Source: Chiloscyllium plagiosum (Eukaryota). From it: a stretch of DNA of 64,000 nt. The translations under genes and the position numbers were made by a program. The stretch lies in assembly GCF_004010195.1 (NCBI RefSeq), contig NC_057728.1:50317635-50381634 (forward strand), given 5' to 3'. Shown piece by piece: positions 62,515 to 64,000 of this stretch. The notes below the pieces were generated by a model. The model did no database searches, was not told the origin of the DNA, and saw nothing but the letters and a program-made list of their open reading frames with translations. Position 1 is the stretch's first letter, and each line of letters starts with the position of its first letter.

Positions 62515-63145
62515 AATAAAAAGAAAACCTTTCATTTCTAACATGTCTTTCAAGATTTCACAACATCTCAAAGTGCTTTATGAAGCAAATGAAGGATTGT
62601 TGAAGTGAAGCCACAGTTGTGATTTATGAAATTCAACAGCCTGGTTGTGCACAGCTAGATCCCGCAAACAGCAATGTCATAATAGCTAACCCATCAATTT
62701 TTGTGATCTTGTTTGAGGAATAAATTTGTTCCATTACTCTTTTTCAAATAATGCCCTCAAATCTTTTATATCCAAATGAAAGGGCATGCAGGGATTTCAG
62801 TTCATCATCTGATCTGAGAAACTCCATCAGTACAGATTGTTCTGCTATAACGTGTGTTTTGTTAATGTGAATTCACTCTAAAGCGACTAACGAATTAGGG
62901 GACAATGTTTGTAAAGTGCAAACCTTTAAGGCATTTATTGGTTATAATATGACTCCAGTCCCATTAGTTTAAATGCTGCTGTTATTACACAATTTTCTTA
63001 TAACACGGGATTGCATGAGAATGGAACTACCGTGTTATAGCAGAACCAACTGCACGAGTCAGCCTGGATTAAACATTAAAGACTGAGGATTTTGAAGTCA
63101 CAACCTATCAGCTCACATCCAAGCATGGTACCCACTGAGTCATGA
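62515..63145 (-). mobile_element. Decayed Deu-domain SINE
   Basis: caaagtgcttta...gcacagctagatcccgcaaacagcaatg...gtcagcctggatt...cccactgagtca. Confidence 0.7.
62833..63052. mobile_element. pogo/Tigger-type MITE nested in Deu-SINE
   Basis: TA-cagattgttctgctataacg ... cgtgttatagcagaaccaactg. Confidence 0.8.
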
Positions 63146-63429
63146 AGAATGACTTTACTTTATGCTTGTGTTATTAATGATTCACCTTTATAGCAAAGGC
63201 AAGAAATGTCTGTTGGTTAATATTAATGGCAGACATTTCATGCAGTTACATGACATTCCTCTGTTCAATATTATTATTGTGGGGTTTACCAATTTAAAAT
63301 CCATGGCTTTAAAACCTGTTAAAAACAATACCCAGAGAAATATAATATTGAACACCATTATTTTCAGAAAGGAAAGGTGAGCTGCAGTAGGAACAAGTGG
63401 GACCTTGTTTTCTCACTTTCAGGTCACAC

Positions 63430-63945
63430 TGACAAACCTGCATCATCAATGATGGGAGGATCAAGCACAGTAGTGCAAAAGATAAAGTATTCACAACAGT
63501 CTTCAGCCAGAAGTGCCAAGTGATGATCCAACTTGACATCTCCTGAAGTACCAGCATCACAGATCTTCAGCCAGTTCAATTCACTCCACTTAATACAACA
63601 AAGTGGCTAAAAGCACTGGATACTGAAAAGTCTATGGGCCTTGATAACATTCCAACAATAGCACTGAAAATTTCTGCTTCAGAATTTGCCATGTCTCCCC
63701 CAAGCTGCACCAGTACAGCTACAAACATGACATTACCCAGATACATGGAAAATTGCCCAAGTATGACCTCTACACAAAATGCAAGATAAATCCAACCTCA
63801 TCACACTCCTCTCTATCATCAATGGATGAATGCAAAGTGTCATCAACAGTGCTATAAAGCAGCACTAGCACATCAATAACCTGATCACTTACACCCAGTC
63901 CGGGTTCTGGCAGGACCAATCAGCTTCTGAACTAATTCCAGCAAA
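63430..63945 (+). mobile_element. Old CR1/L2-group LINE RT fragment
   Basis: VFSQKCQ...KWLKALDTEKSMGLDNIPTIALKISASEFA...WKIAQV..LHKMQDKSN. Confidence 0.75.
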
Positions 63946-64000
63946 TATCTGGCAAATGGAGTATAATGTGAGAAAGTGTGATATGGCAGAAAAAGCGAAA

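Noticed and set aside
63368..63376. Possible 9-nt microexon (ttttcag|AAAGGAAAG|gtgagc)
   Set aside because: Short pyrimidine tract, expected by chance, no supporting gene

Overview
Repeat-dense vertebrate genomic DNA. The repeat families look like those of a cartilaginous fish (shark): HE1-like V-SINEs sharing a 3' tail with CR1 LINEs, Deu-domain SINEs, Rex1/Babar LINEs and Penelope-like elements. I recognise no host protein-coding gene, rRNA, true tRNA or CRISPR array, so the window is probably intergenic or inside a large intron. Nearly all ORFs in the track are decayed retroelement fragments, SINE read-throughs, minisatellite artefacts or N-gap artefacts. Content: many decayed CR1 LINEs (two long), about 17 V-SINEs (three near-identical and young), other tRNA-SINEs, Rex1 LINEs, Penelope-like GIY-YIG elements and short palindromic derivatives, Gypsy gag and integrase relics, pogo/Tigger-type MITEs, a Harbinger Myb/SANT relic, 22-, 33- and 16-bp tandem repeats, two local duplications and three assembly gaps. 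Best leads: minimal hammerhead ribozyme motifs in Penelope termini (one with an intact core), recurring head-to-head palindromic Penelope mini-insertions, an inverted pair of 16-bp repeat arms around a candidate exon, a minisatellite seeded twice from a Deu-SINE, and a TCF/LEF site cluster. I cannot support a wholly new biological system. Boundaries were read by eye and are approximate; family names come from motif recognition, not database searches.
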